Assembly: GCA_043228905.1 (NCBI GenBank)
Contig: JBHGNT010000239.1
Coordinates: 1-46,778 of the forward strand
Origin: Azolla caroliniana
Taxonomy: Eukaryota > Plantae > Polypodiophyta
DNA: 46,778 bases
Direction: 5' to 3'
A program made the position numbers and the translations under genes. The notes below the pieces were generated by a model. It had not been told where the DNA came from. It saw nothing but the letters and a program-made list of their open reading frames with translations, and ran no database searches. This document shows positions 1 to 12,829 of this stretch, one piece after another (the stretch's first letter is position 1; each line of letters starts with the position of its first letter).

Positions 1-657
1 AAGGTTCCTTATGCCTCGGCAGTCGGAAGCTTGATGTACACGATGGTATGTACCAGGCCGGACATAGGATACATAGTCAACGTGGTTAGCTGATACATGA
101 GCAACCCCGGAAGAGAGCATTGGGATGTCGTGAAGTGGATACTTCGGTACCTAAAAGGCACCTCAAACGTATGTCTTCATTTCGGTTCAGGTAACCCCAC
201 ACTAGAAGGTTATACTAACTCGGACATGTTGGCCGATGTGGATACCAGCCGATCCACGTCCGGGTACGTAATGACTTATGCAGGGGGAGCCGTTTCGTGG
301 CAATCGAGGCTGCAGAAGGTCATGTCGCTATCAACCACGGAAGCCGAATATATGGTCGTAGCGGAAGCCGGCAAGGAAATCATATGGATGAAGGAGTTTA
401 TCGGTGAGCTGGGAATTCGACAAGAGGAATTCAAACTCTATTGCGATAGCCAGAGTGCCATCCTCCTAGCGAAAAATGCCACCTACCACTCGAGGACCAA
501 ACACATCCAGAGAAGATATCATTGGCTCCGAGAGCGAGCAAAAGAAAATGAGTTTGCTCTAGTGAAGATCCACACGGCCGAAAATGGATCGAATATGTTG
601 ACAAAGATGCTATCAGCCGAAAAGCTAAACGCGTGCCGACAAGAGTCAGTTTCATGA
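1..657 (+). mobile_element. Ty1/copia (Tnt1/Tork-like) pol 3' end: RT C-terminus plus RNase H, degenerate
   Basis: VPYASAVGSLMY..RPDI..HWDVVKWILRYLKGT, RSTSGYV, SLSTTEAEY, CDSQSAI, HSRTKHI motifs; in-frame TGA at 91-93. Confidence 0.93.
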
Positions 658-670
658 AGTACCCCATGCT

Positions 671-685
671 GGAGTGAAGGGGGAG
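671..685 (+). other. Polypurine tract (PPT) of the copia element
   Basis: GGAGTGAAGGGGGAG just after the pol stop and 2 nt before TGTTGGG. Confidence 0.8.
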
Positions 686-687
686 TT

Positions 688-1245
688 TGTTGGGAAACAT
701 GTCTCTCTGGATGGGAAGAGAAGGACCGTGTTGGTGAGTATCTCGCCCGAGGCCGATAGGCAGAGACCGAAACTGAAACCGAAATCAAAATCGTAATCCA
801 AAACCAAAATCATTTCGGAAGACTATAATTGTAAATAGTCTAAAATGCCCTTGTGGGTTATACTTGTAAATAGCCAGAAAGTTGCTTTTGTTTATAAGCA
901 ATTAGGGCAAACGTTAGAAAAGGTAGTTGATCATTATTGAAAAAGTTAGAACGAGGTAGTTGCCTCTGTAACCATGAGTGAGAGAGTGAGAGTGTAACTC
1001 TGTAGCCGTCTGTCAGACGAAGGAGAACTCGAGGTAGTTGTCTCCGAGTTCCGTATTGTACTTCCTCTCTACTATAGTGATTTGTTTTCTTGGAGTTTTT
1101 AGACCCCCGTGGTTTTTCCCATTTCGGGTTTTTCCACGTAAAATATCGGTGTCTCTGTGTCTCCACGTTTTTTTGTCTGTGTACTACTTGTTCTCTGCAC
1201 ACAAATACGAACGTGAAACCGGTTGTGGCCGATCGATTTTTAACA
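688..1245 (+). repeat. 3' LTR of the copia element (right end uncertain: 1245, 1272 or 1379)
   Basis: Starts TGTT after the PPT; TATA-like TTTATAAG near 891; several candidate ...AACA ends. Confidence 0.6.
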
Positions 1246-2683
1246 TGGTTCTGATCACGGAACCCCTCAACACACATCAAATGTGTTATAATGGGTGCCT
1301 TCTCTACTCGTCGAGAGAGGCCCTCACCTCAATCCGTTGAGGTGGTGTGTTGTGGTTCTACTAATGGAACCCCTCAACAGATCGAACGTGTTACAAGGTG
1401 ATTCCCCGATATATATATGAGTCTCTTTTTAACAGATGACACGTCCAGTACATTTGTTGTGAGTTGTGCAACCATATTGTATAGTCTTTCTATAAGAAAA
1501 CTCTCCTAACTAGTGGGAAAGTAGCACCTTTTTTGGGGAAAAAAAATACCAATAACACCATTGAGAAAATCTGAAAGTCCATAGCCCATATGCACCTATA
1601 TCTATGTTGTTTGCAAGAGGGCAAGCATGAATCATAAGCATTGAGCAACAACCACACTTGACTGTCATATTATTCTCATCACGACCATATCAAGCTCTCA
1701 TCGAAGGAGGAACATGGGCTTAAACAATTTATTTTATTTTTTTATTGTTCTTGGAGATCAAATATGATCTATGGGACCTGAAGTGACAAATTTTTTCACT
1801 ATATGTGGAATTGAGGAATGACTCAATATTCAAGAATTTTACTAATAAACGTTGCAATTGTCAACACAAATTGTGGCAAGTATGGCACTATGGCATATTA
1901 AACTACCCTTGTCTACCTTATATGTCATATTGTTGTATAAGTATTTTATTTGTTTCTAGGGTGACAATATCACTTTTCATATGCATCTATAACTTCTTAC
2001 TTGTGTCAATTATCTGTTACGGTACATCTGTGCTATTTTATTAATATGCTATCTTCTTTCACTTCTGATTTTAATCTTCTCTTACTTACGTGTCATTTTC
2101 AAATAAAACGGAAGATGAAATATGCATGACTCTTATAAAACTTGCAAAAAGTAGCCAACAATATAGCAAAGCCTAGATATTTTCAACTAGGCCAATATGG
2201 TAGCAAAAAGACCTATCAATTACATGATCATTCACATTAGGAAGCATTTGGTTCGATGTGAGGCCTAAACCCTACACAAAGAAGATTATGATTGGCTTTG
2301 TGAAGCCATTTGGTCCATTTGGTTCCATGTGACGCCTATCCATATAACAAACTACTCATACTAAACATAATAATTTTTTTCAAGATCATCAATGAATGTG
2401 GAATCAACTCAATTTGTGTTGAATTGTGTCAATAACAAAAAATACTACTCTTGCTTATACCGAAAGAGAACTGCTTAACCTTATTGAACCTGCAACAAGT
2501 TCAATCTAAGACATGCTCAAATCAACGATTGGCCTATTTTGCTTGTCAAATCGATTCTGGATCAATTGGCGAAGGGTCAATCGATCGCTCATCCTTTCAA
2601 AATGATACAGAGAAATTTCAAAATATCTTCTACCCATATCAGATGCGAAAACCTTCACCAGCTTAGAGCTTTAAATTTCAAGG

Positions 2684-2794
2684 TTATTCCTTCTTAACAA
2701 GACCACTATCATATGGGGAAATCAGTTTATGCAAGGGTGGCATAATCCCCTTGTTATGATATCGGCGAACCAAAAGTTTTTCCAATCTTCGTAC
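2684..2794 (-). CDS. PGPP1: Phosphatidylglycerophosphate phosphatase (HAD, PGPP1/GEP4-like), exon 5 (last)
   Basis: caag|GTA acceptor; VRRLEKLLVRRYHNKGIMPPLHKLISPYDSGLVKKE*; phase 0 continues exon 4. Confidence 0.85.
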   Translation of the reverse strand, partial: VRRLEKLLVRRYHNKGIMPPLHKLISPYDSGLVKKE

Positions 2795-2991
2795 CTTGAA
2801 AAATGTCACCCCAAAGTATTATCAATTAGAAATAAAGAGAGAGTAATCAATTTGCTCAACTAATAATAAATTTTATTGTCTGACAAGAAATTAAAAAACA
2901 GAAACGAGTTTTCTCGACTAATAAGAAAATAACGAAAAGGTCACAATTTAGTTCAACTAACATGAAATAAAGAAAGGTAAATAGTGCATAC

Positions 2992-3099
2992 CATTCTAAC
3001 GATGATGGGTTCTCCCTCCTTGGTTAGAGGCCTCGTAATAATGGTAAATAGACCATTTTTGTTACCATAAACAATGTCGGTGAAGTAGCGATCACCAAC
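2992..3099 (-). CDS. PGPP1: PGP phosphatase exon 4
   Basis: tag|...|gtatgc; VGDRYFTDIVYGNKNGLFTIITRPLTKEGEPIIVRM (HAD motif IV, GDRxxTD). Confidence 0.93.
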
Positions 3100-3185
3100 C
3101 TATGAAACATATAATGATAGAGGATACTATTGAGGGCCAAGTGTTCTTCTGTTTATAAGTAAACAAAAAGACACAAAAAGCTTAC

Positions 3186-3259
3186 CATAATTAAAGTTGA
3201 TGCATCACATCCAAAGTGTTCTTCAAGCTCACTAGCAGGTCCCGATGGCTTCTTTGATC
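3186..3259 (-). CDS. PGPP1: PGP phosphatase exon 3
   Basis: cag|...|gtaag; (G)SKKPSGPASELEEHFGCDASTLIM (HAD motif III, KKP); phase matches exon 2. Confidence 0.92.
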
Positions 3260-4059
3260 CTGAAATTTTGAAAGGCGCGATCTAAATGGTCTTATTCAAA
3301 ACAGTTTTTTATTAATATCTAAAATGGAAGTTGGTTATCATGAGCAACTTTGATAGAGAAATAAAACTAACAGGGTATTGAATCCAAAAATAAATATATC
3401 TACAACAAAAAAGATATGATGTGGGAAATCACAGTTTGAATGCATTGCACTTATGTATTAGACAAGAAACCAGACAACCAATTGGATCCAAGAAAATTTG
3501 TAGTTTGTAGATTCACAAGCTTATCTCATCACATCACTAGTTTTGAAGTGCAGATGTTGAAACAAGATAGTCTAGTAATCCTCATTTTCCAAAATTCCCA
3601 TCTTACAATTCAAAGGTTGAAAACTATATAGCATTGCAAAAGAAGCTAGAGAAAACACAGTTGCAAGACAAAAGAAGAACAAGGCCCAAGGATTTCAAGA
3701 CTGAAGATATATCAAAAGTGAGGAAATAGGAAAGCTTAAACAAAGCACACTTGAAAATATATTGAAATTTCTCTGTATCATTTTGAAAGTGGCAATGCCT
3801 ACATTCAAGTGGGTGGAAGATATATTGAAATCTTCTGGTATATTTTTCCAGATTGCGAAGATGAAGGAGATGAGTTTTTTACTCCACAAACCACTCCATC
3901 CTCTTCTAAATCATCATCTACTACTTTCTCCTCTTTCTTTCTTCTTATCTCCTTTTGCTTCTACTCTCTTTTCTGATTTTAATCTTCAAGACCTCTCCTT
4001 TTCGTCTTATTTTTCTCTCTCTCTATTTATAGGCCAGTTTGGCCTCTTAAAAGACGTTA

Positions 4060-5788
4060 GTATATCTTTCTTTCTTTCTCCCCTAATCCTTGAACCATGA
4101 CATAATCAGCCACACTGTTTGCATCAGGAACAAATCTGTCAAGCTTTCTAGTAACTCTACACGATCTCCTAACCCAATGTTCATTGTTTGGTAGCTGTTG
4201 AGCCTGCAAATCATCATTTTCAACTTGCTGTCCAGGCATTTCAGCCTGCAAATCAGCATTAATAGCTTGCTGTTCTAGCCATTCCTGCACATTTGGTGGC
4301 TCATCATTTTGGCAAAGGCTGGCTGATCATTTCCAACCTCATTTTCCACATTTGCAGGTAAGTTTACAGCAGGTGTTTGCTGCTGTACAGTGGGCACATT
4401 TTTCTGTCTAAAAGGTATTTCTTCTCAGAATACAACCCTCCGTACTTCCTCGGTCTTTTCGGGTTGTTTATGCATGAGATTTTCCCGGAAGATAACATCA
4501 TTGCTGCGTACTATTTTTCTTTACTCGGGATCCCACAATCTATACCCCATTTCACCCTCGTCACCGTATCCTAGGAAAATACATTTGCAAGACTTTGGCT
4601 CTGGTTTGTTGCGTTCTTCTTTATGAATATGCACAAAAGCCTCACAGCCAAACACTCTCAAGTGAGCATATGAAGGTGGCTTGCCCGACCACGCTTCTTG
4701 GGGTATTCCCCCTCCCAAAGACCTGTTAGGTGACCGATTAATCAAGTGAACAGCTGTCATAACAGCCTCTGCCCAAAAACCATGGGGTAACGCAGCATGA
4801 GACAGCATAGTACGGACCTTATCTTGAATAGTCCGATTCATACGCTCTGCAACTCCATTTTGGGGTAGATTATAAGGGGCAGTGAGTTCCTTCTTTATCC
4901 CTTTGATGTCACAAAATGCTTGAAAGGCCTTGGACACATATTCCCCACCATTGTCAGAGCGAAGACACGTAAGTGTCTTATCAATTTGAGTCTCAACTAA
5001 TGCCAAAATGTTCGAAACTTGTAGAGCACTTCATCCTTGCTACGAATAGGGTAAAGCCATACCTTCCGTGTAGCATCATTGACAAAAGTGACTAAGTATT
5101 TCTTTCCCCCTAATGATAGCCCTGGCATCTGACATACATCTGAATGTACTAACTCAAGCAGGGACGAGACAACTTCAGCGAAAGAGACTTTTTATGAGAT
5201 GTTTGTACATGTTTACCATAAATGCAATGATCACAATGTTCAAAATCAGCAGAACGAAGACATGGCAAGTAACCCACACGAGACAATACTTTCACACCAG
5301 TTTCACTCATGTGTCCCAACCAGCCATGCCACAAAGAAACACTAGGCTGCTCGGTTATGGCAACAACATGATGTTCCACACTAGATACATGGAGAGGATA
5401 CAAAGTATCACTTTTACTACCCTTGGCAATAACTCTAGATCCCTTACAAATCGTCCATTTCCCATCACCAATGGTGGTGTGAAATCCATCGTCATCTAGC
5501 TGTCCTGTGCTAATCAAGCTCTTCTTGAGCTGAGGTACATGCCATACATGCTGAAGTGTGAAAGCAGAACCATGCTGAAACTGTAATTGCACAGTATCAA
5601 TACCTGCAATTTCACATGCATAGTTGTCCCCAAGATGGACAACACCATGTCGACCCCGTGTAATCTGAAAACCACTCACGATGAGGGGTGACATGAAAAG
5701 AAGTACCAGAATCGAGCATCCGAGTGTGCATGTCACCATCCGTATCTGCAAGTAAAGCATGTTCTTGTTGAGAATCAAGCTCAACTTG
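4060..5788 (-). mobile_element. Ty1/copia (Tnt1/Tork-like) protease-integrase remnant; RT/RNase H missing
   Basis: LDSGTSFHVTPHREWF (protease), LWHGWLGHMS..CDHC (HHCC), LRSDNGGEY, PQNGVAERMNRT, FWAEAV, HLRVFGC; frameshifts present. Confidence 0.92.
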
Positions 5789-6163
5789 TGTCAACATGTG
5801 CTTATGAAGAAAAGGACGATGTGTGAAAAAGTGTGAGCACACTTTATTGTAATCCGTGTAGTTGTTGAGTGTTAGTGTGGTCAAAGAATATTAGATATTC
5901 TTATGACAAAATCGTACTCAAGTGGATATCTTGGTTAGATTCCACCAACACATTTAATAGGGCAGTCCCTTGAGGACTTGTATATAAAACCCCCTTTGCC
6001 CATTCTGTTTAATTGATGATCTTTAGTTAATTAATATAGCTCTCTTAAGTGCATAAGTTGTCATCCCCCAACTGTGTCTTCTTATTTTTTGGTTATTCTC
6101 TCTAATTCCTTCTCTTGCTTATAAACTCACTCTCTCTCACACACTAGAGTTAGATTCTTTACA
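5789..6163 (+). repeat. 5' LTR of the nested copia element
   Basis: TGTCAA...TTTACA; TATATAAA near 5981; directly followed by a PBS; interrupts the minus-strand copia. Confidence 0.75.
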
Positions 6164-6175
6164 TAGTATCAGAGC
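6164..6175 (+). other. tRNA-iMet primer binding site
   Basis: TAGTATCAGAGC, one G>A from canonical TGGTATCAGAGC, immediately after the LTR CA. Confidence 0.8.
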
Positions 6176-9100
6176 GTGAGGGTTAGAGATCCTTCACTGA
6201 CCTCTACCATTGAAACTGTGTGAGCAGCTAGAGACGTTTAAAACCTGCTATCGTCGCTGTAGTGTTGCCCAACAAGAGGCTCACGTTAACAGGATCATAG
6301 GAATCAAGCTAAATCAGAAAAATGAATGCACAGATGGATAGCACACTTCCAACAGAGAAGTTGGATAGGCACAACTACGCATCTTGGGAATATAAGATGC
6401 AGCAATACCTAGTTGGGAAAGGGTATTGGAGTTATATCGAGGGAGCTCAAGAAACAGCCCCCAATATTACAAATCCCAACTACCCCACATGGCAGCAAGG
6501 CGCTAGTAGGGTGATGTATTGCTTGGAAACATGTGTGCACGATCACATGTTAAGCTATATTCGTGATGCGAAAGCCCCAACAGAAGCGTGGAAAAACTTG
6601 AAGAAGATTTTCGCGGCTTCAACCATAGCAAGAAAACTTCAACTCTAGCAAGAGTTGAACAATATTCGGCAGGGGGATATGTCCATGACGGACTATACCC
6701 TTCAGATCAAAGACTTATGCGATTCACTTGGCTCCATCAATGTCGCAGTTGATGATGACGAGATGGTGCATATTTGTCTTGGCGGCCTTGCACAAAAATA
6801 TGGCTCATTTCGAACTGCCATATCAACAAGGGAGAACCCCCCAAGCATTTTCGACTTGCAATCCATGCTAATGGTTGAGGAGAACCATACACGGTCGAAA
6901 AGCACACCATCTGATAGGCAGATGCTATATACACATGATGATCTCGGTCGAGGTAACGGTCGTGGTCGTGGAAATCGGGGAAGGAATGGCCGAGGAAGAG
7001 GTGGATGAGGTCCACAACAGTTTAATTCCAGACAGCAAGAAGGTCGAAACAGCCGAGGGAATTCTGGCAGAAAGGGGAGCTTCCACCAGCCTGCATCAAC
7101 CAGGTAGAACCAGCAAACCAAGTGCTGGTATTGTGGAAAGCCTGGCCACTTTGAAGCCAGTGTCGGAAGAAGAAGAATGACTCAGCTGCCTCATCCTGGC
7201 AGCAAACAAACTATGCTGTGATGGCTGACCTAGAAAACAAAGGGCCGATGTTTGTTTCTGCGACACCGGGTGAATAGGATGATAAGAAGTGTTTCCCAAC
7301 CTGATGATGTCTGGTTCGTGGACTCAGGTGCCTCAAATCACATGACAAGTCATCACGAATGGTTCATGAATTTGAGGGAACCCGAGAGACCCGGCGTGGT
7401 GGAGACCGGTGATGACTCCACACACATGATTGAGCACGTCAAAGATGTGGCCCTTAACAATCACGAAAACAAGGGCTACATGAAGGATGTACTGCATGTC
7501 CCAACAATCACAAAGAATTTGGTCTCAGTTGGCCAAATTGTCGAGCAAGGAATGCAAGTACGATTCAACCAGGAAGGTTGCTTCATCGAGGATAAGGGCC
7601 AACTCATTGTGCATGCAAGAAGAGAAGGTCGCATGTTTATTCTTGATGCGACTGAGGTGAACACAGCAATGTATGCAAAGGGACTCAAGGCTGAGTCTGA
7701 TATTGAGTTGTGGCACAAAAGGGTTGACCATGTAACCTCGGTAAACTCCGATCAATGCAAACAAAAGGGGCTTTGCACGGATTGCCACGATTTACTTCGA
7801 AACATCTTGATAATGTATGTGAGGCGTGCCAGCTAGGCAAGCAACATAGGCATCCATTCCTAAGCGAAAGACATGTGAGTAAAGGCTTGCTGGACATCAT
7901 CCACTCAGATGTATGGGGCCCAGCTCAAACAGCAACAATCGGTGGGTGTAGGTACTTCATTACCTTCGTTGACGACTATTCGCGGCATACTTGGATATGC
8001 ACGATGAAGTCGAAAAGTGAGGTCTTCTCCCACTTTATCAAGTTAAAGAATCGTGTGGAAAATGAGACGAATCACAAGATTCGATGCTTACGTCTGATGG
8101 TGGCCAAGAATACTTCTCAACTGAGTTCAAGGCCTTTCTAGAAGAGAAGGGGATTCTCTGGGAATTCTCTTGCCGGTACACACCACAGCAAAACGGTGTT
8201 GCTGAGCGGAAGAATTGCACAATTCTTGAGATGGCCCACGCCATACTGCAGGAGAAGAACATGCCCAAGTTCTATTGGGCAGAGGCAGCAGTTACGGCTG
8301 TGTATCTCATCAATAGATGCACGATCGAGGGTGTCCATGACATCACCCCTCACGAGAAGTATTTTGGGACAAAGCCAGACCTTTCGCATTTGAAGGTTTT
8401 TGGCAGCATTGCATTTGTGCATGTCCCCGATGAGAAGCGGAGAAAGCTTGACCCAAAATCAGAGAAGATGATCCTCGTCAGTTACTCACTTGAGCAAAAG
8501 GGTTATAAGCGTTTTAACCCCATCACTCGACAGTCACGTGTAAGCCGAGATGTGGTATTTGATGAGGTGACATCATGGTATGGCCCAACATCAGTGACTC
8601 CCGCCATGCTCGAAACAAGCAGATCTGGAGCAGATTCTCAGAGTGAAAAAGAAGAGATGCTAACGACCATTACGGGTGGAGAACCAGCTGAGAGTTTGCC
8701 CACACTCCAACTGACTGGACCTGAGGTGTCATCCAGCAATCAGAGTCTTGCAAAGCATGAAGAAACCTCTGATGTGTTGTCACCTTGGTGCTACACCAGT
8801 AGAAAGAAAAAAAAGGGCAAGATGCCTGAGCAAGAGGCCAAGGACATGACATCCAGTGAAGACTCAGAACATTCACCCCGATCGATCGACAACAACTATG
8901 AAACGAAGAAGGCCCCTGAAGTGACCAAAGGAAAACTCCGTCAATCGAACTGACAAAAGAACCCGATAGCTAGGTTCGGGTACAATGAGTACATGACCCA
9001 CCACTATGCATTCATGGTGAAGGTCACAGCAAACCAAGAACCCGAGACTTACAAAGAAGCTGCCCAAGATCCCTGGTGGATCGAGGCAATGAGGGAGGAG

Positions 9101-10335
9101 ATGCGCGCGTTGTTTGATAACGATATTTGGAATTTAGTCCCGTCCTCTGAAATCAAGAAAAAGCCAATTGGTTGCCGCTGGGTGTTCAAGATAAAGTATA
9201 ATATAGATGGCATGGTCAATCGGTTCAAGGCTCGGCTAGTCGTTAAAGGGTATGCTCAAACCCATGGCATAGACTATGAGGAAACATTTGCCCCGGTGGC
9301 AAAAATGACCACCGTGAGGACGGTAATTGCACTCACAGCAGCGAACGGGTGGCACTTGCATCAAATGGATGTGAAGAACGCATTCCCCCAAGGTGAGCTC
9401 GAGGAGGAAGTTTACATGATGCAACCACCCGGCTTCGAATCAAACAAAGATCCACATGCAGTTTGCCGATTGAAGAAGCCGCTCTATGGACTGAAGCAAG
9501 CCCCAAGAGCATGGCATTCAAAGATCACATCATATCTTCATGACATTGGCTTCCAGATGTCAAAATCTGATAACTCGTTGTATGTTCAGAACAATACCAA
9601 AAGCCCCATCTTCTTAATCTTGTATGTCGATGACCTTGTAATCGGTGGAGAAAGCCTCACTAAGATACAAAAGATTAAAAAGTTGCTTTTACAGAAGTTC
9701 AAGATGAAGGATCTGAATGACTTACATTATTTTCTCGACATGGAGGTCATTCAAACTCCAGAAGGGTTCCTAGTCTCACAACGACACTATGTGTTGAACT
9801 TGCTCTACAAGTTCGGCATGACCGAGTGTAAGTCCATCTCGACACCCCTTGATCAAAATATGAAGCTAACAGCAGATTCTGGAAAATTCTGTGAGCCGAC
9901 ACAGTATCGCCAAATAATTGGGAGTCTTATCTACTTAACTATCACCCGACCAGACCTCAGCTATCCGGTTGGGGTTCTTACATGGATTGTGTTAAGTGAG
10001 TGTTACGTTATATTAGTGGAACACTTGATTATGGTATCTTCTATAAACGTGGAGCACCACTTCTACTCGAAGGCTTCACGGATGATGATTGGGCAGGCAA
10101 TGCATCTGATAGGCGATCCACTTCGGGATTTATGTTTTCACTCGGTAGTGGAGCAATCTCTTGGAGCAGCAAGAAACAACCAACAGTCGCTCTATCGAGC
10201 ACTGAGGCGGAGTATAGGGCCGCAGTTGTAGCTGCTTGCGAAGCTGTATGGCTCAAAAGACTACTGAAAGACTTCAACGAATTGGTGAACAAGCCAATAC
10301 TGATCAACTGTGATAATCTCAGCAGCATCCAGCTC

Positions 10336-11070
10336 AATGCCTTTCCTTGGTTGAACATCTCTCTTTTCTTCTATGCAATCATCTATCTTCTTGCCTTTTC
10401 CTTTCTCTTTCTTCTATTTGAAACAATCACGTTTAAAGTGACCCTTTTTGCCACAATGATGGCATTCTACATCTTTACCACGTGATTTACTACGGCCATA
10501 ACTATCAGATTTGCCTCTCTGTTGTGACCTACCCCTCATATGCAATGCACTAGAGAACTTATTGGATGCATTGTTTTGTCGACTCATCTCTTCCATGAGT
10601 AGAGAACTCTCTATATCGGCATAAAGAAGCATCGCATTTGAATTGCTCATAGCAGTCCTGAAAGTATCCCAACTTTTTGGCAAGGTGCAAAGTAAAAACG
10701 TGGCCTTAAACTCATCATCAATGATGAATTTCAAGGCAACCAGCTGGCTGAAAATGGAATTGACCTCACTCAGGTGAGTTGACATGGGTGTACCCTTTGT
10801 CATGCCCAAATCCATAAGTTTCTTAAGACAATAAACTTTGCTAGTTGCCATCTTCTGGGCATACAGTTCCTCTAGTCTAGTCCATATAGAAATAGGCATC
10901 AAAAATCGACAACTTAATAATCGCGCATGCAAGCTCATTCAACTCTTGCCAATCATCTTCATCCATATCTGTAGGCTTTACCCCTTTGACTTTAATAGGC
11001 TTTGCATGCTTCTTTGCAACAAGATGTTTTTCTTAGTCATTATCTATAGAAAAGTTAAATTCTTGGAAGT
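10336..11070 (-). mobile_element. Tnt1/Tork-like copia gag with CCHC zinc knuckle; likely the 5' part of the 4060-5788 element
   Basis: GVKPTDMDEDDWQELNELA, FLLCTLPKSWDTF, CHHCGKKGHFKRDC. Confidence 0.88.
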
Positions 11071-11639
11071 TGGGGCAAGAATCAATAATGATAATAAATT
11101 AATGTAATATATACATATAGGCTACGAATAAATAAACATGGAGAGAAAAAGAGAAGGAGAGAGAGGGACAGTGTGTTTTTGCTTTATTTGATTATATGTT
11201 TAATATAATTAATAACACATATTTTGAACATTCTTGCTATTGTCAATTTCTTACCATCAAATAACCAATCTTTCCAGAGTTCCTCTACCAACGATTCCTT
11301 AATAGGAGATACAAGAATAGGCATTGCAACTAATGATCGCCAAATATAGTCATATCTAAGAGGTATATAAAGTCCGGTATGCACTGTCTTAAGTAAAGGC
11401 CATGATATCTCTGCATGATTCTAAAACAGCATTTTGCACAGTTCGCAAGCCAAGCATTGCCATACCATTGAATTTAGACCTGAGATTTTCCATTTCATCC
11501 CAATATAATAGCCATGAGGATGTGCGCACCATTTCTGGTACAAGGTTGGTATCTTTTCTACACTCAGGTGGTTGCCACTTAATCAATTCTACACTCCTGT
11601 GCCAAGAGCGCACAAATTATTGAATCATATTCTCCACAA

Positions 11640-11820
11640 GCAAGGGGAGTCAAGGTGGTGCCGAAAGCCGGCAAGGGAAAGCCACCAACTACTGGTACTG
11701 TGGCAAGAAAGGCCACAAAAGAGAGCAAGTGCTAGAGAAAGATGGCTGATTCGGACAAAGTCGAGCAAAGCCGACTCTGAGAGACGGCAGAGATCGCACT
11801 ACACTTAGGGCTCAGGGCAA
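11640..11820 (+). mobile_element. Small copia gag zinc-knuckle fragment
   Basis: TGGTACTGTGGCAAGAAAGGCCAC reads WYCGKKGH, followed by a frameshifted ...KC. Confidence 0.55.
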
Positions 11821-12179
11821 GCCATTTAAATGATCAGTCACTATTAAATGTCACTCATGAAGGAACAATTCTTGTTTTCCCATGTGTATACAAACCTTCT
11901 CCACCGAATAACCATTTTAATAAACAAGCTTAGTGAACTTTGTCCATGCTAGCAATGACAAATAATAAGACATCATCAAAATCATTATTGCTTGATTTGC
12001 ATCATGTAACAAACGGGCATACTTGGGGCTTCCAATACACAATCTTATCAAAGATCATACCCGATATCCAAGTCAAACTTTAAGAGAATGAGATATCAAC
12101 ACCAATGGGGTAACCTAAATGGCCAGTCACTGAGAGCAATTCGGTTGATCTTGGATGGTATGGGAAAATATTGAACCAA

Positions 12180-12182
<3 letters not shown>

Positions 12183-12264
<82 letters not shown>
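12183..12264 (+). repeat. (CT)41 microsatellite
   Basis: Read directly from the sequence. Confidence 0.97.
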
Positions 12265-12265
<1 letters not shown>

Positions 12266-12770
12266 ACATGTTCACCAACATGTAATAAATGAAGCTTTTC
12301 AAGAACAAGGGGAGACAACAAATGTCGACACACCTGCACCACTCGGCCTTTCCCTTGATGAGGCAGAAAACCAAAGAAGAACCAGACGTCCTCGGGTGTC
12401 GAGTTTCAAAGCAACTCGACATGGTGTAGAAGCAATAATGAAAATAAGGGAACATGAGCTACACCGCCTAGAAGCCATGGCTAGGGCACTCTCTACATTG
12501 GGACCACGAGTCACACCCACACCAAAACCCTTTGACCTCCCACTTCTTTTCGAGAGGTTTGGGTGGAAATAAAATTAGGTTTAGTGTAAAGTCACTTCCT
12601 TTATCAAGTGTACCACGTTTTGTACACTACTAGAACTCTTTTAGCTTAAGTTCTATTTTTACTTTATTTTATTTTAGTTATGATGACTGCATAAATACTC
12701 ATTTTGTTGTAAACCAATTGTCTCATGGATCAATTTTGGCCTTAGAAGACATTAATATATATTTCTTTCT

Positions 12771-12774
<4 letters not shown>

Positions 12775-12826
<52 letters not shown>
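12775..12826 (+). repeat. (TC)26 microsatellite, 5' flank of LINE copy A
   Basis: Read directly from the sequence. Confidence 0.97.

Positions 12827-12829
<3 letters not shown>

Larger units (their letters stand above)
5789..10335 (+). mobile_element. Ty1/copia retrotransposon gag-pol (gag, zinc knuckle, PR, INT, RT, RNase H), pseudogenised and 3'-truncated
   Basis: gag from 6322; CWYCGKPGH near 7123; WFVDSGASNHMT; HSDVWGP, FVDDYSR, PQQNGVAERKN; KARLVVKGY, QMDVKNAF, LYVDDL; RSTSGF, STEAEY, CDNLSSIQL, then an abrupt end; several stops and frameshifts. Confidence 0.96.

Noticed and set aside
1-5788. Plus-strand RT/RNase H at 1-657 as the missing 3' half of the minus-strand copia
   Set aside because: Opposite orientation and separated by intact host exons.
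11389-11613. 74-aa minus-strand ORF as an extra host exon
   Set aside because: The PGP phosphatase is complete without it and no motif was recognised.
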